A DNA stretch of 64,000 nucleotides from an uncultured Verrucomicrobiae bacterium (GCA_963828525.1 CAWHEP010000016.1:21959-85958), one strand, 5' to 3'. Shown: positions 41,103 to 52,314, counted from the first letter of the stretch. A program made the numbers and translations. The notes: generated by a model from the letters alone, not told the origin.

Positions 41103-42795
41103 ATGAATGCCAAACAAGTAATAGAATCTTTTCGTCGAAAGAGGTGTCGTCGATGAAACGCAGGTCGATGATATCGTGCGGGAGATCACCGGCGCGGGAA
41201 GAAGCGTTCTCGAAGTGCTCGTCGATTTCGGGTTCCTGACTGAAGAACAATTTTACAGGGCGATAGCCGACTCTCTCGGCACTGAATTCGTTGACCTTAA
41301 GGACATCGACTTGCCGCCCGAAACTCTAAAGCTGATTCCCGCCGGCCTTGCTCGTTTGCATGGGGCGTTACCGCTCGGTATGACGGGGGACGTTATCACC
41401 GTCTGCCTTGTGGATCCGCTCAACCCCACCGCGGTGGAGGATCTCCGCTTTGCTTTGGGCAAAAACGTCCACGTGATCGTTGCTCCGACCCACCAGATTG
41501 AGGAGATGCTCCGGTCCAAATTCGGGACCGACATGGCGAGCATGGACGAGATCCTGGCTGAGCTCGGAAAGGACGGGGAAATCATTTTCGCGGCGGGGGG
41601 AGATCAGGGCCAGGCGCAGAACGTGGAGGCCGAGGCAAATGCGACGCCGATTATCCGCTATGTGGATTTGATCCTCTACCAAGCCATTCAGGATCGAGCC
41701 AGTGACATCCATTTCGAGCCATTCGAGAGTGAGTTCAAGATTCGCTACCGGGTCGATGGAGCCCTCTACGAGATGGCTCCCCCGCCGCGACACCTTGCCC
41801 TTCCTGTCATATCTCGCGTGAAGGTCATGGCGAATCTCAACATTGCCGAACGCCGTTTGCCGCAGGATGGGCGCATCCAAAAATCGATTGCCGGCCGTCA
41901 GGTCGATCTGCGTGTCTCCACGCTGCCCACCCAGTTTGGGGAGAGCGTGGTTCTCCGTGTTCTGGATCGCAGCACGGTAAATCTGAGCCTCGAGGCGCTT
42001 GGCATGCCCGAATACATCTTTGCCTACATCTCCGAAGTCATCGAGCGTCCAAACGGCATATTTATTGTAACGGGCCCCACGGGCTCCGGAAAAACAACCA
42101 CGCTGTATGCCTGCCTGAACAGAATCAACACCGTGGACTCGAAGCTGCTGACGGCTGAAGACCCGGTCGAGTATGACATTGAGGGCATTATCCAGGTTCC
42201 GATCAACGAGGGCATAGGACTCAATTTCGGCCGAGTCCTCCGGGCCTTTCTCCGGCAGGATCCGGATCGCATCATGGTCGGTGAAACGCGTGATTTGGAG
42301 ACGGCGCAGATCTCAATACAAGCGTCACTTACTGGCCACCTCGTCTTCACCACCCTTCATACTAACGACGCGCCCGGCGCGGTGACTCGGTTGATTGATA
42401 TGGGCGTAGAGCCTTTCCTGATTTCCTCGTCACTGGAAGCCGTGCTTGGGCAACGACTGATCCGCCGTATCTGCTATAACTGCCGGACGGCCTACGAGCC
42501 GACGGAAGCAATGCTCGGGCATCTGGGGCTGTCGCCTCATGAGATCGGGGACAAGACCTTCTTCTACGGGAAGGGTTGCGAAGTTTGCAACAACACCGGC
42601 TACAAAGGCAGAAAAGGCATTTACGAGTTGCTCAGGATCAGCGATCCGGTACGAGAATTAATCAACCAGCGCGCTCCTTCTGTTGTGCTGAAGCAGAAGG
42701 CCGTGGAGTTGGGGATGGTGACATTGCGCGAGGATGGTCTGCGCAGCATTTTTGATGGGGAAACGACCATCGAAGAGGTTCTGAAGTATACCTGA
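41103..42795 (+). CDS. PilB/GspE assembly ATPase, paralog 2 (frameshift near 41127)
   Basis: Likely start MNAKQVIE at 41103 joining FVERGVVDETQ; ASDIHFEP, GPTGSGKTTT, FLRQDPD, tetracysteine motif. Confidence 0.92.
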
Positions 42796-42870
42796 CCGCG
42801 CAATTAGCTATCGACAACCCCCGCAGGATGATTGATCGTCTTCCAACCCCTCAGAAACCGCTCTCTTTCC

Positions 42871-44178
42871 ATGCCTAAATTCAATTATGTCGCATTGGAC
42901 GCGAGAGGCCAGGAGTCCACTGGCATTCTCGACGCTCCGTCCCAGAACGAAGTCATTTCGCACCTGCGGAAGGCCGGATTTTTCCCGACAAGCGTTCTTG
43001 AGGAAGGGAAGGGAGGAGCGAAGGCGGCCAAGAAGCCGGGCAAGGCTGTCCAGGCACCCGCGTCCAAATCGCCTGCAAAGAGCAAAAGCGGGGGAGGAAA
43101 ATCTTTTTTCCAAAAGAAAACGGTCAAGCCGAAGATCCTTATGATCTTCACCCGGCAGCTCGCTACCCTTATCGACGCGGGCTTGCCCCTCCTTCGCGGA
43201 CTCACGGTTTTGGCAAAGCAGGAAAAGGATGTTGTGCTCAAAAATACGATTGGCGTGCTCGCAGACTCGGTGCAGGGCGGGAGCACGTTTTCGGAGAGCC
43301 TGGCGCAGCATCCCAAGGTTTTTAACAAGCTCTACATCAACATGGTGAAGGCTGGAGAAGTCGGGGGCGTTTTGGAACTCGTTCTCAACCGGCTCGCTGA
43401 GTTCCAGGAAAAGGCGCAGAAGATCAAGAACAAGGTCGTCGCGGCCATGTTCTACCCCGTCATCGTTCTTTTCATCGCGGTGGCCATCATGGTCTTCTTG
43501 TTGGTTGTCATCGTTCCTAAATTTCAGGCGATCTTTAAGGACATGTTGAACGGGAAGCCGCTGCCCGCGATCACCCAGTTCGTCGTTGATCTAAGTAACA
43601 TGCTCCAGCACAACCTGCTGGAAATCATCATAGTCGTCGTCGTGGTCGCGGTCGCATACAATCTGACTGCGAAATCCGAGAAGGGGCGCATCGTTCTCGA
43701 CAAAATAAAATTGCGGATGCCCGTGTTTGGCGACCTCATCCGGAAGAGCTCCATCTCGAGGTTTAGCAGGACTCTGGGCACGCTTGTGACGAGCGGTGTG
43801 CCCATCCTTCAGGCTCTGAACATCACGCGTGAAACAGCGGGAAATTCCGTCATCGCGGATGCAATTGCCAAAGTTCACGACAGCGTGAAGGAAGGCGAAT
43901 CCATCGTCCATCCGCTTGAGTCCAGCGGGGTGTTCCCTCCGATGGTGATCAGCATGATTGACGTCGGCGAGGAGACGGGACAGCTCCCCGAGATGCTCCT
44001 TAAAATCGCGGAAGTTTATGATGACGAGGTGGACAACGCTGTCACTGGTCTGACTTCGCTGCTTGAGCCTATTATGATCGTCTTTCTTGCCGTGGTGGTT
44101 GGAACGATCGTCATTGCTCTTTTCATGCCCTTGATCACCATCATCCAGCAAATGCAGGGTGGCGGAAGCAATGGCTAA
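42871..44178 (+). CDS. pilC: PilC/GspF inner-membrane platform protein
   Basis: MPKFNYVALD, FTRQLATLIDAGLPL, AGEVGG, YP, GEETGQL, LLEP. Confidence 0.93.
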   Translation: MPKFNYVALDARGQESTGILDAPSQNEVISHLRKAGFFPTSVLEEGKGGAKAAKKPGKAVQAPASKSPAKSKSGGGKSFFQKKTVKPKILMIFTRQLATLIDAGLPLLRGLTVLAKQEKDVVLKNTIGVLADSVQGGSTFSESLAQHPKVFNKLYINMVKAGEVGGVLELVLNRLAEFQEKAQKIKNKVVAAMFYPVIVLFIAVAIMVFLLVVIVPKFQAIFKDMLNGKPLPAITQFVVDLSNMLQHNLLEIIIVVVVVAVAYNLTAKSEKGRIVLDKIKLRMPVFGDLIRKSSISRFSRTLGTLVTSGVPILQALNITRETAGNSVIADAIAKVHDSVKEGESIVHPLESSGVFPPMVISMIDVGEETGQLPEMLLKIAEVYDDEVDNAVTGLTSLLEPIMIVFLAVVVGTIVIALFMPLITIIQQMQGGGSNG

Positions 44179-44187
44179 ACAAGTCAA

Positions 44188-44823
44188 ATGTCGCGCTCAA
44201 AGCCCCCGCTTGTGGCAGTAAAGTTCCTGGGATTCAGCATAGGCGCTCGGAAAGCTTTCACGCTCATCGAGCTGTTGGTCGTGATGGCGATCATTGCTAT
44301 CCTGACAGGGCTCATCCTTTCGGTGGTGGGATACGTCCAAGGCAAGGGAACGAAGAACCGGGCGGTAGCTGAAATCGCGGCGTTGGAACAGGCCTGCGAC
44401 AGCTACAAGGTGGACAATGGCGCGCCTCCGCGCGACGCGAACACAACCGACCTCCTGGATCCGAGGACGGTCGGGAACCCATCGAAGTATATGGGGGCGA
44501 GCCTCAAGTTCTATCAACTCCTCACTGGTGACACGAACGCGAGTGGCATCGCGACAACGAGTTACTTCCCGCAGATGAATCCGAACATGCTGGGCCGCGC
44601 GACCCCCAGCAGCCCGGCTAGCGCGGCGAATCCTGTTCTCTACCTCCAGGATCCCTACGGGAACAGCTATGGCTACTCGACGGCTCATCAGGCCAATGCA
44701 ACGATGGGCTATAACCCCACTTTCGATCTCTGGAGCACGGCGGGTCTGACACAGAACCCGCCCGCCACGAGCCAGTTAGGCAGCTCGACCGATCCGACGA
44801 TCAGCTGGATTAAGAACTGGTAG
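44188..44823 (+). CDS. Type IV pilin / GspG-like pseudopilin
   Basis: KA|FTLIELLVVMAII, YKVDNG, DPYGNSY, FDLWSTAG. Confidence 0.85.
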   Translation: MSRSKPPLVAVKFLGFSIGARKAFTLIELLVVMAIIAILTGLILSVVGYVQGKGTKNRAVAEIAALEQACDSYKVDNGAPPRDANTTDLLDPRTVGNPSKYMGASLKFYQLLTGDTNASGIATTSYFPQMNPNMLGRATPSSPASAANPVLYLQDPYGNSYGYSTAHQANATMGYNPTFDLWSTAGLTQNPPATSQLGSSTDPTISWIKNW

Positions 44824-45382
44824 CAGCCAGCGGGATTCCCGCCAAGGCCCGTTCCTCTGCCGCTGCCAGGAGAGCCGCGACTCCATCTCCGTTCAGGGCG
44901 CTCGTCTCGATCGGCTCAACGGGAACAGCGCGGCCATTTACGAGGAAGTCCATATAGTTTCGCGGCGCGGTTTCAGCCAGGTCACGCTTGTTGTATTGCA
45001 GGATGTAAGGCACCGACTCCAGCGTACAATCTTCAAGGGCGAGAATCCTCTCCAGTTCCTGCAAGCTTTTCACATTTTCCTCAAGCTGTTCCCACTGGGA
45101 ATCCGCCGTAAAGATGATCGTATCAACGTCTCGCAGCAGCGCTTTCCTGGAAACGTTCGCCTCCTCGTTCGAAGCAGCGTGGAAAGCGATGCGTGTCTTG
45201 AAGTCCTGGAAGCCGCCTGCCTTCTCTACCAAATAGGTAAATCCGGCGTCGTCGATTGTTTCGACCGCCGCAGGGGCGCAGGACTTTAGCTTGGCCAGAG
45301 TGGTTCGCTTCCCTCCTCCTGCCGGTCCGAACAGTGTCACTTTCAATCTCACCTCTTTTGCGATGTAGTCGAAGATGGGCAT
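44810..45382 (-). CDS. MglA-like small GTPase (degenerate catalytic motifs)
   Basis: KEVRLKVTLFGPAGGGKRTT, FKTR, SRKALLRDVD.IIFTADSQ, PYILQYNKRD, ETSA; colinear with MglA. Confidence 0.82.
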   Translation of the reverse strand: MPIFDYIAKEVRLKVTLFGPAGGGKRTTLAKLKSCAPAAVETIDDAGFTYLVEKAGGFQDFKTRIAFHAASNEEANVSRKALLRDVDTIIFTADSQWEQLEENVKSLQELERILALEDCTLESVPYILQYNKRDLAETAPRNYMDFLVNGRAVPVEPIETSALNGDGVAALLAAAEERALAGIPLAATSS

Positions 45383-47773
45383 TTAGAAAATCCTGGAAAT
45401 CTCCATCGAAGCAGATACGAGCTTTTCTCTCACGCCGGGAAAGAATCCCCGGTTGCCGCGATGAAGGACACAAAGGCATACGTGCTCATTCGCGACGAAG
45501 CTTGCCATGTACTCGCTACTTTGGAGTGTGCAGCTCCGGGGAGCGCCCCCAGTTTGAGCCGCCTCGTGAATTCGCCAGTCCATCTAAAAAGATCGGCTGC
45601 CGCGCTGCCTACCGCATTGAGGTCAAACTGCGGCGGGATCTCGCCGAATGTCGCAGTCATCTCTCCCGAAGTCGCGACGCAGGCGGCGATTCCGGGGAGC
45701 GAGCATACCAGCTCCGCGATCTTTCCGAGGTCCAGCTCCTCTTCCGTCATGAAGATTGCCTGGAGAGAAGATTGGTCGGACGGCGGCTTCGCCCTCAACA
45801 GCGCCGCAGGTTCCTCGACCTGAAGTGGCACGGGCGCATCAGCCAAAGACGCGCTGTGGCTAGGAAAGCCGACGAATAGCGGCGGAGGGGGGATCAGGAA
45901 CATGGTGCCGGGGGGCCGCGTGAACACAACCATGCCAACAGGTTCTTCTGGAGAAGGAGCTTGTGCTAAAACCTCCTGCTTCGGGGCGTTTGGCGCAACG
46001 TATCCCGGCGGCGGCGCGAGCACCACAGGGGTCGAGCTAGGTCCGCTGGCTCTAAGATAGGACCACTCGACAACAGGCGACTTCGCGAACGGCTGTAACC
46101 CAGCCGGCACGCTGGTTGGCTGCTCCCCGGGGGGGCTTTCCTTTGAAGGCGCAACCAAATCGACGGGCGGTTCTTTTGGAACCATCGCCGAGCTCGGCGC
46201 AAACTCCTCGACATCTTTCGCCAGTTCCTTTGGGACAAAGGGCGCGGGAGACTCGACTTCGGGTGAACTTGCGGCAGTCGGCTGCGCCGCCTCGGCAGAT
46301 GGCTTTTCCGATTCTTGTAACGGAAGCGCTTTTGACCGCCTCTTCCGCGCCAGCGCTCTCGACCAAAACGTCAGCAACAGGAATGGGAGTCTCCTGCCCA
46401 ATCGCAGCGGACGATGCATCGTCCAACGCCTCGCTTCGCGCCTCAGGAATGGCTGCGGGTGGGCCTTCAGGGGGTTCTCCAGATGCGGCTTCTGCCTCAG
46501 GAGCGACTTGCGTTTCAGGCTCGGACCGAGCTTCAGGATTCGCCTCCGCGCTAACCTCCGGCGGGGCAGTGTGTTCGGAGACAGCGCCTTCCGTGGCGGT
46601 TGGTGGTACCTTAATCTCCGCGGCGACTGGAACTTCTTTGAAGATCTCAGCAGGGGGCTCCACGATGTGGGACGGCTCGGCGGGCGCGGGATCTGGGAGG
46701 AGGTGAGCGCTCCCGGGCAAGCGCTGAAAAACCTCGTGCAGCGGGACTGGAACTGGTTTCGATTCGTCGCAGAGACGAACTTTCACATTCCCCGGCAACG
46801 AATCCAGAAATTGACGGGCCGAAATTTCTACATTGCCAGTGGCCAACTGTGGTTCGACGATATGAAAGGGTATCGAGATCCGCGTGTTTTCCGCGACAGG
46901 CGGCTCGGTCTTCGCGAACCCAGGCGGCAAGCTTCGCAGGATCGCCGCCAGGCTCAGTTCGATGCGTTCTTCATCGTTCGTCTTCAGGGCAGCCATTAGC
47001 GACGCATAGGATCGGCGGCGCGGCAGAGGCCGGCTTTCCACGGGAGGATGGAGGGGCAACTCCAAAGTGGTGGACGACCCGCTGACCGTGGATAATTGCG
47101 AATTCGCCGGCGGGAACGTCGCTGTTTCCGTGGGAGAAATCACTGGGGGCAAGGGCAGCACAGCCTGATCACTTGCCGAGGATAACGCCGGCGGGGGTTC
47201 CTCAGCCGCCTTGGCGGGTGCCGGGGATTCCGCTGGTTGGCGGGGTGGGAGCGGAGCCTTGGGCGGCAGCGGCCTTGCAGCCTGAGTTTCTTCTGTCTTC
47301 GTGATCCGGGAAGCTGGGGCCTTCCTTCCTTTAGTTCCGCGAGCCATTATGTCGTCTTCCGTTACACCGCGCGGAGGGAAAGTGCCAATCTGTTCGACCA
47401 GCTTTTGCAACGGCAGCGGTATTTGCTGTTCACTCTCTTCTCCCAGATCCTCGCGGAAAATTCCCGGGCACAGGTTGGCCAATCGTGATAGCTGCACGCT
47501 GGCGCGTCCACGAGATATGTCTGAAAATAGGTCCTTTACAGGGAATCGGATTTCCTTCTGTCCATCGATGGGACCAGGCTTTAAAGCGCCGGCAGGTATC
47601 CGCGAAAGTACGTCTCCCAAGCGCAGGATGAGCTCCCTATCGAGACCGCCCTCATTGCCAGCCGGGGAGTCTGACACCGGTGCATCCGAAAGCCCCGGCG
47701 TTTCGGAGCTATCGGTTGGCGCTGCATCGAGAAAATCTTGTTTAGGCTTAAAAAGGTTTGAAAGGATCCCCAT
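45383..47773 (-). CDS. Large Pro/Glu-rich protein with duplicated N-terminal domain and C-terminal Roadblock/LC7 (MglB-like) domain (frameshifts near 46332 and 45548)
   Basis: Three overlapping ORFs join at homopolymers; C-terminus LPGIAACV...FGEIP...AVGSAAADLF...LCVLH...GVREKL fits a roadblock fold; abuts the MglA-like gene. Confidence 0.65.
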
Positions 47774-47778
47774 GCGAC

Positions 47779-49491
47779 CTAGTGGTCTTCCGCCGTCACT
47801 CGGCAGACTTCCTCTAGAGTCGTAACTCCCTCACGTGCTTTGTCAATACCTACCATCCGCAATGTTTTCATCCCCTCGGTGACGGCCTGATTCTTGATCA
47901 CCGCGGCCGATGCCCGCTTGATAATGAGGCGCCGAATCGTTTCTGATACAGGCAGCACTTCGATGATGGCTGCCCGTCCGAGGTAGCCGCGTCGCTTGCA
48001 TCGGTCGCAGCCAACCCCGTGGTAAAACACGGAATCCTCGCCATCTTGAATCCCGAGCTTCTCAAATACTTCGGCGTCGGGCGAAAATTCTTCACGGCAG
48101 TTGGGGCAGATGCGTCGCACGAGACGTTGAGCGCAGGCCAGGAGGATGGAACTGGATATCAGGAACGGTTCAATTCCCATATCGTCCAGCCGCGTGATCG
48201 CGCCAGCCGCGTCGTTTGTGTGAAGTGTGCTGAGCACCTGGTGGCCGGTGAGAGCGGCCTTGACCGCGATGTCAGCCGTTTCGTTATCCCGAATCTCACC
48301 GATCATGACGATGTCCGGATCTTGCCGCAGGATCGATCTCAGGGCTCCCGCGAAATCCAGGCCGATGTCACTCTTAACCGCGACCTGGTTGATTCCCGGA
48401 AGCTGATACTCGATGGGGTCTTCAACCGTTACGATGTTATATTCAGGGCTGTTGAGCTCCTGCAGCACAGAGTAAAGGGTGGTCGTCTTTCCTGAGCCGG
48501 TTGGACCTGTCACCAGAATCATCCCGTGAGGCGCGTCGATGGCTCGCTTGAATTGCTTGAGCGTAAACTCATCCATCCCGAGTTGATCTATGCTCCCGGA
48601 AAGGGCGCCTTTATCGAGCAACCGGATCACGATTTTTTCACCGTAGACAGTTGGAAGGATCGAGATACGAAGATCGACTTCCTTGCCGGAAACCCTGATC
48701 CTGAATCGGCCATCCTGCGGCAGGCGGCGCTCGGCTATGTCCAGGCCCGCGAGAATTTTGATGCGGGAGGCGATCGGCAATTGGAGAGCTTTGGGCGGGG
48801 AACTGGCCTCGATCAATGTGCCATCCACGCGATAGCGGAGCTTTAGGGTCTTCTCAAAGGGTTCAATGTGAATGTCCGATGCTTTTTCCTTCAGCGCCTG
48901 CACGAGAATCAGGTTCACAATTTTGACGACCGGGGCGTCTTCGCTTTCGTGAGCCAGCTTGTCCAGGTCTATGTCTTCGCGTTTGTTCTGGACTTCCTCC
49001 ACGTCCGAACCGGTCGCTGCCGCTTCCTTCAGCATCTGATCCATCGCCGCGCTGGCGCTGTTTACCCCGCTCAGCGCCTCGTTCACGCTGCGCTCCGTCG
49101 TAATCATGGGCACGATCTCGAGCTTCGTGCGCTGCCGCAGATCATCCAGGGCCAGCACGTTCAGCGGGTCGGCCATCGCAACGAACAGCTTGTTCCCCAG
49201 TTTGCAGATCGGCGCGAGCTTATACGTCCGCGCCATGTCCTTTGGCACCAGATCCAGCACTTCCTCAGGGATGCGAACCTTGGAGAGATTTATCGGCGGC
49301 GTATCCAGGCAACGCCCCATGCTGATCACCATGTCCTGCTCGGTGACTTACTGTTTGTCAGTGAGCAGCTTCAGCAGTCGGCCACCCTGCTTCTTCTGGG
49401 TGTCCATCGCCTCCTCCAGCTGGCTGGGGAGCAGCAGGCCATCTTCGATCAGAACATCCGCGATTCGCTCTCCGAAGGATTTGATGCTCAT
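47779..49491 (-). CDS. PilB/GspE assembly ATPase, paralog 3 (in-frame TAA at 49348-49350)
   Basis: Start MSIKSFGERIADVLIEDG at 49491 in the same frame as the called ORF; ASDIHIEP, GPTGSGKTTT, LRQDPD, tetracysteine motif. Confidence 0.9.
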
Positions 49492-49500
49492 ATCGGGAAA

Positions 49501-50451
49501 CTAATCGCGCGCATCCAACCTGTACGTGTCCCGGAGCACCTTGCAGATCGCCCACGGCGCCGCCAGGTGCCACTGGATATTGTAATCAAAAAGCTGCTGC
49601 ACCGCTTCTTTGCCCATCACATCGAACGGATTCGCCATTGCGACCATCACGGTTCTGCTGATCATGTCGAAAGGAACGATCAGCCGTCCCAGCGTCAGGC
49701 TCTCAGGCAGCATCTTAACGATCTGCCGATCCACATCGTAATAGTCGAGCGGCACAAACGCGAATTTGGATCGTTCCAGAATACCGCAAAGCAGCCCGTC
49801 GAGCGAAACGGCATGGCTGCGCGAAATCTCGTCAATCAGGGAGGACGCCAGCGCCTGGCCGTTCAGGTTCTTATTCGTTTTTTGCACGTATTCCATCGCC
49901 GCCTGCACCACCTCCTCTGAGACAAGGCGGTGCTGCACGAGAAACCTGGCGAGGGGTTCGTTGCCATCGTTGTCCAGCGCCCGCGCAAGTTCTTTTCGGA
50001 CGGTAGTTTCGCCCCTGCGCGTGGCGCCCGTGGTGATGAGATCCGCATCCTGCGACATTTGGCCGAAATCCAAGGCAATGCTTGCTTGCGCCTGGAAGGG
50101 GGACGCGGCGATCTCAATCGCTGCGCCATTGCTGCCGCCAGCCTTGTGAAGCTTTTCCTCGACCTCCCGCAGCAGCTGCGTGACACCCGGGGCGTTTGGC
50201 TCCTTCTGGAGGATGCCTTCGTATTCCATCAGCGCCGAGGAATACTGTCCCATCCCGTTGTATGTATCCGCGAGCTTGCGTGTGATTGCGAGGGCGTCCT
50301 TCTGCCTGCCCAACTTCGAATAAGCGTCCTTCAGAATCTCCATGGACTGGCAATCCTGGGGGTTCGCCTGCGCGATCACCTCGAACATCTCGATTGTCTG
50401 CAGGATTTGCTCCTGCTCCTCGACTGAAACCGGGACGTTCATTGTTAACAC
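49501..50451 (-). CDS. TPR-like + GspE/PilB N-terminal domain protein (no ATPase)
   Basis: N-terminal helical repeats (LADTYNGMGQYSSALMEY); C-terminal LARFLVQHRLV...LPE...IVPFD...VAMANPFD typical of the GspE N-domain. Confidence 0.75.
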   Translation of the reverse strand: MLTMNVPVSVEEQEQILQTIEMFEVIAQANPQDCQSMEILKDAYSKLGRQKDALAITRKLADTYNGMGQYSSALMEYEGILQKEPNAPGVTQLLREVEEKLHKAGGSNGAAIEIAASPFQAQASIALDFGQMSQDADLITTGATRRGETTVRKELARALDNDGNEPLARFLVQHRLVSEEVVQAAMEYVQKTNKNLNGQALASSLIDEISRSHAVSLDGLLCGILERSKFAFVPLDYYDVDRQIVKMLPESLTLGRLIVPFDMISRTVMVAMANPFDVMGKEAVQQLFDYNIQWHLAAPWAICKVLRDTYRLDARD

Positions 50452-50580
50452 GGGAGGCGGTGAGATTTTGGCAGGCCGTGCCTGTCTTTCCTGACTCGGA
50501 TGGTTGAACTCATTATCGACACGCTTTCCAGTTAGCTAGAATCGTGCCCTCGCTCTCTGTAGCGCCTCGTTTTGAGAAGT

Positions 50581-51339
50581 TTACTGCCAGGGTGCCACGT
50601 AAGCGGCGAAAGCATTGACACGACCTCCGTTGAAATAGCTGGTGCGTCCAAAATTGAAGCTGCTTGTCCGGTGGTCGAACTCCAAAATAGCCGGGGACTT
50701 GCTATTATTGGGATCATACACCAGAAAATCGATGTTCCCCTGTCCCACGCGCTTGTAATCAAAGGCGATTACGCAATGGTTGATCGGCCGGAACCGCGTG
50801 AGAAAGACCGCCTGGATGTCGCCTCTATCGATCTTCTTCATGACCTTACGGGCGAGATGCTGTTGCAACGCGCGAGGGAAGGGGAGCGCCATCCTCCAGT
50901 TGCCGACGCGGAAATAGCTCGGCCACCAGTTTCCCAGCACCTTCTCCAGAGGGCGCGCGTAATCTTTTGAGAAGCCGCGGAGGTCCGAATAACCTGGGAT
51001 GACGACCTTTGTTCCCCATTGGGGCATCCAAACGGGGATGCGAGAGATACGCCGGACACGCGCCATGTATTCACCCTCGGAGACTTTTGGCGCGGAAGGA
51101 TCAAATTTCACGAAGCGGTGAAACTGGATTACAGCGCGGGCCATGACAAAGCAGCGCCGGGTATATTCGGGCGCGTGGGCGCGCTCATGCATATGCAAGT
51201 TGCCTGCTGAATCTATGCTGTAGGCCCAGAGCGTATCGTTCGCGAAGGCGAACGTCTCGCGGGCGGGATCGAATTTCTCCGCCCGCGCCAGCAGGGGACA
51301 AAGCAAAAGCAGGAGAAACAGGAGCGCTCGGGAAGACAC
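50581..51339 (-). CDS. Secreted hypothetical protein, possible papain-like fold
   Basis: Signal peptide; Cys (RRCFVM), His (NHCVIAF) and YDPN in papain-like order. Confidence 0.6.
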   Translation of the reverse strand: MSSRALLFLLLLLCPLLARAEKFDPARETFAFANDTLWAYSIDSAGNLHMHERAHAPEYTRRCFVMARAVIQFHRFVKFDPSAPKVSEGEYMARVRRISRIPVWMPQWGTKVVIPGYSDLRGFSKDYARPLEKVLGNWWPSYFRVGNWRMALPFPRALQQHLARKVMKKIDRGDIQAVFLTRFRPINHCVIAFDYKRVGQGNIDFLVYDPNNSKSPAILEFDHRTSSFNFGRTSYFNGGRVNAFAAYVAPWQ

Positions 51340-51403
51340 CCAAGTTGAATCACCGCAAACCGCGTCGGGGTCAAGTAACTCGCGCGATCTTCCTGCTCAT
51401 CCC

Positions 51404-52300
51404 TCACGGCGTCCCGTGGATTCTAGCCAGCACCATCGACACGGCTGCGGACTCGGATGGGGCCGCCGAGAGGTTTATCTCTGCAAAAGAGGCTTGCCCT
51501 CTGAACCAGGTCAGTTGGCGTTTTGCGAGCGCTTTTGTGGCTTTCTGTATCCGCTCAATGCAATTCGCCTCGCTGATCGCGCCCGCCGCGAAGGCTTGTA
51601 TCTCCTTCAAACCGATGACTTGTTCGGCTGTTCTGCCCGCCGCGCCTAATGCGAGCGCCTCATCGACGACCCCCTCTTTGAACATCGCCCGCGCGCGTTC
51701 CTCTATGCGCTCGCAAAGGTCGGCTCTGTCTCTCGTGAGCAGCACCCCCCGAGCGGGGCTCGTCTGATCCTGCTGCTGTTTGAACGACGAAAAAGGCCGC
51801 GAGGTAAGCAGGCATACTTCAATTGCGCGGATGAGGCGGCGCTTGTTCTTCAAATCCATGGACGCCGTGGACACGGGATCCAGCGTTTCAAGTTGCGCCT
51901 GCAGGCGCGGCAGATCGCGGGCTTCAAGCTGTTCCCGCAACGCGGCGTCTGCGGGGGGCAGTTCTGCGAGCCCGTGCGTGAGAGCGCGGATATACAGGCC
52001 TGTTCCACCGACCACCAGAGGCACTCGCTTGCGGGATTGGATTTCTGTCAACGCAGCCCGCGCCGCTGTTACATATTGCGCGACATCGAATTCGCGATCG
52101 ATGGGAATCGTCCCGACAAGGTGATGTCTCACTGCCGCTCGCTGGGCCACGGAGGGTTTTGCCGTGAGGATGTCCATTCCCTCATAGACCTGGAAAGCGT
52201 CAGCGCCCACGATTTCACCATCACACTGTAGCGCGGCGCCTACCGCGACAGCGGTTTTTCCGACCGATGTCTGCCCGACAATGTAGAATACCTCGGGCAT
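51404..52300 (-). CDS. miaA: tRNA dimethylallyltransferase
   Basis: GQTSVGKT, DAFQVYEGMDILTAKP, HHL, VGGTGLY, AKRQLTWFR. Confidence 0.96.
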   Translation of the reverse strand: MPEVFYIVGQTSVGKTAVAVGAALQCDGEIVGADAFQVYEGMDILTAKPSVAQRAAVRHHLVGTIPIDREFDVAQYVTAARAALTEIQSRKRVPLVVGGTGLYIRALTHGLAELPPADAALREQLEARDLPRLQAQLETLDPVSTASMDLKNKRRLIRAIEVCLLTSRPFSSFKQQQDQTSPARGVLLTRDRADLCERIEERARAMFKEGVVDEALALGAAGRTAEQVIGLKEIQAFAAGAISEANCIERIQKATKALAKRQLTWFRGQASFAEINLSAAPSESAAVSMVLARIHGTP

Positions 52301-52314
52301 TGCGCCCTTGCCAA

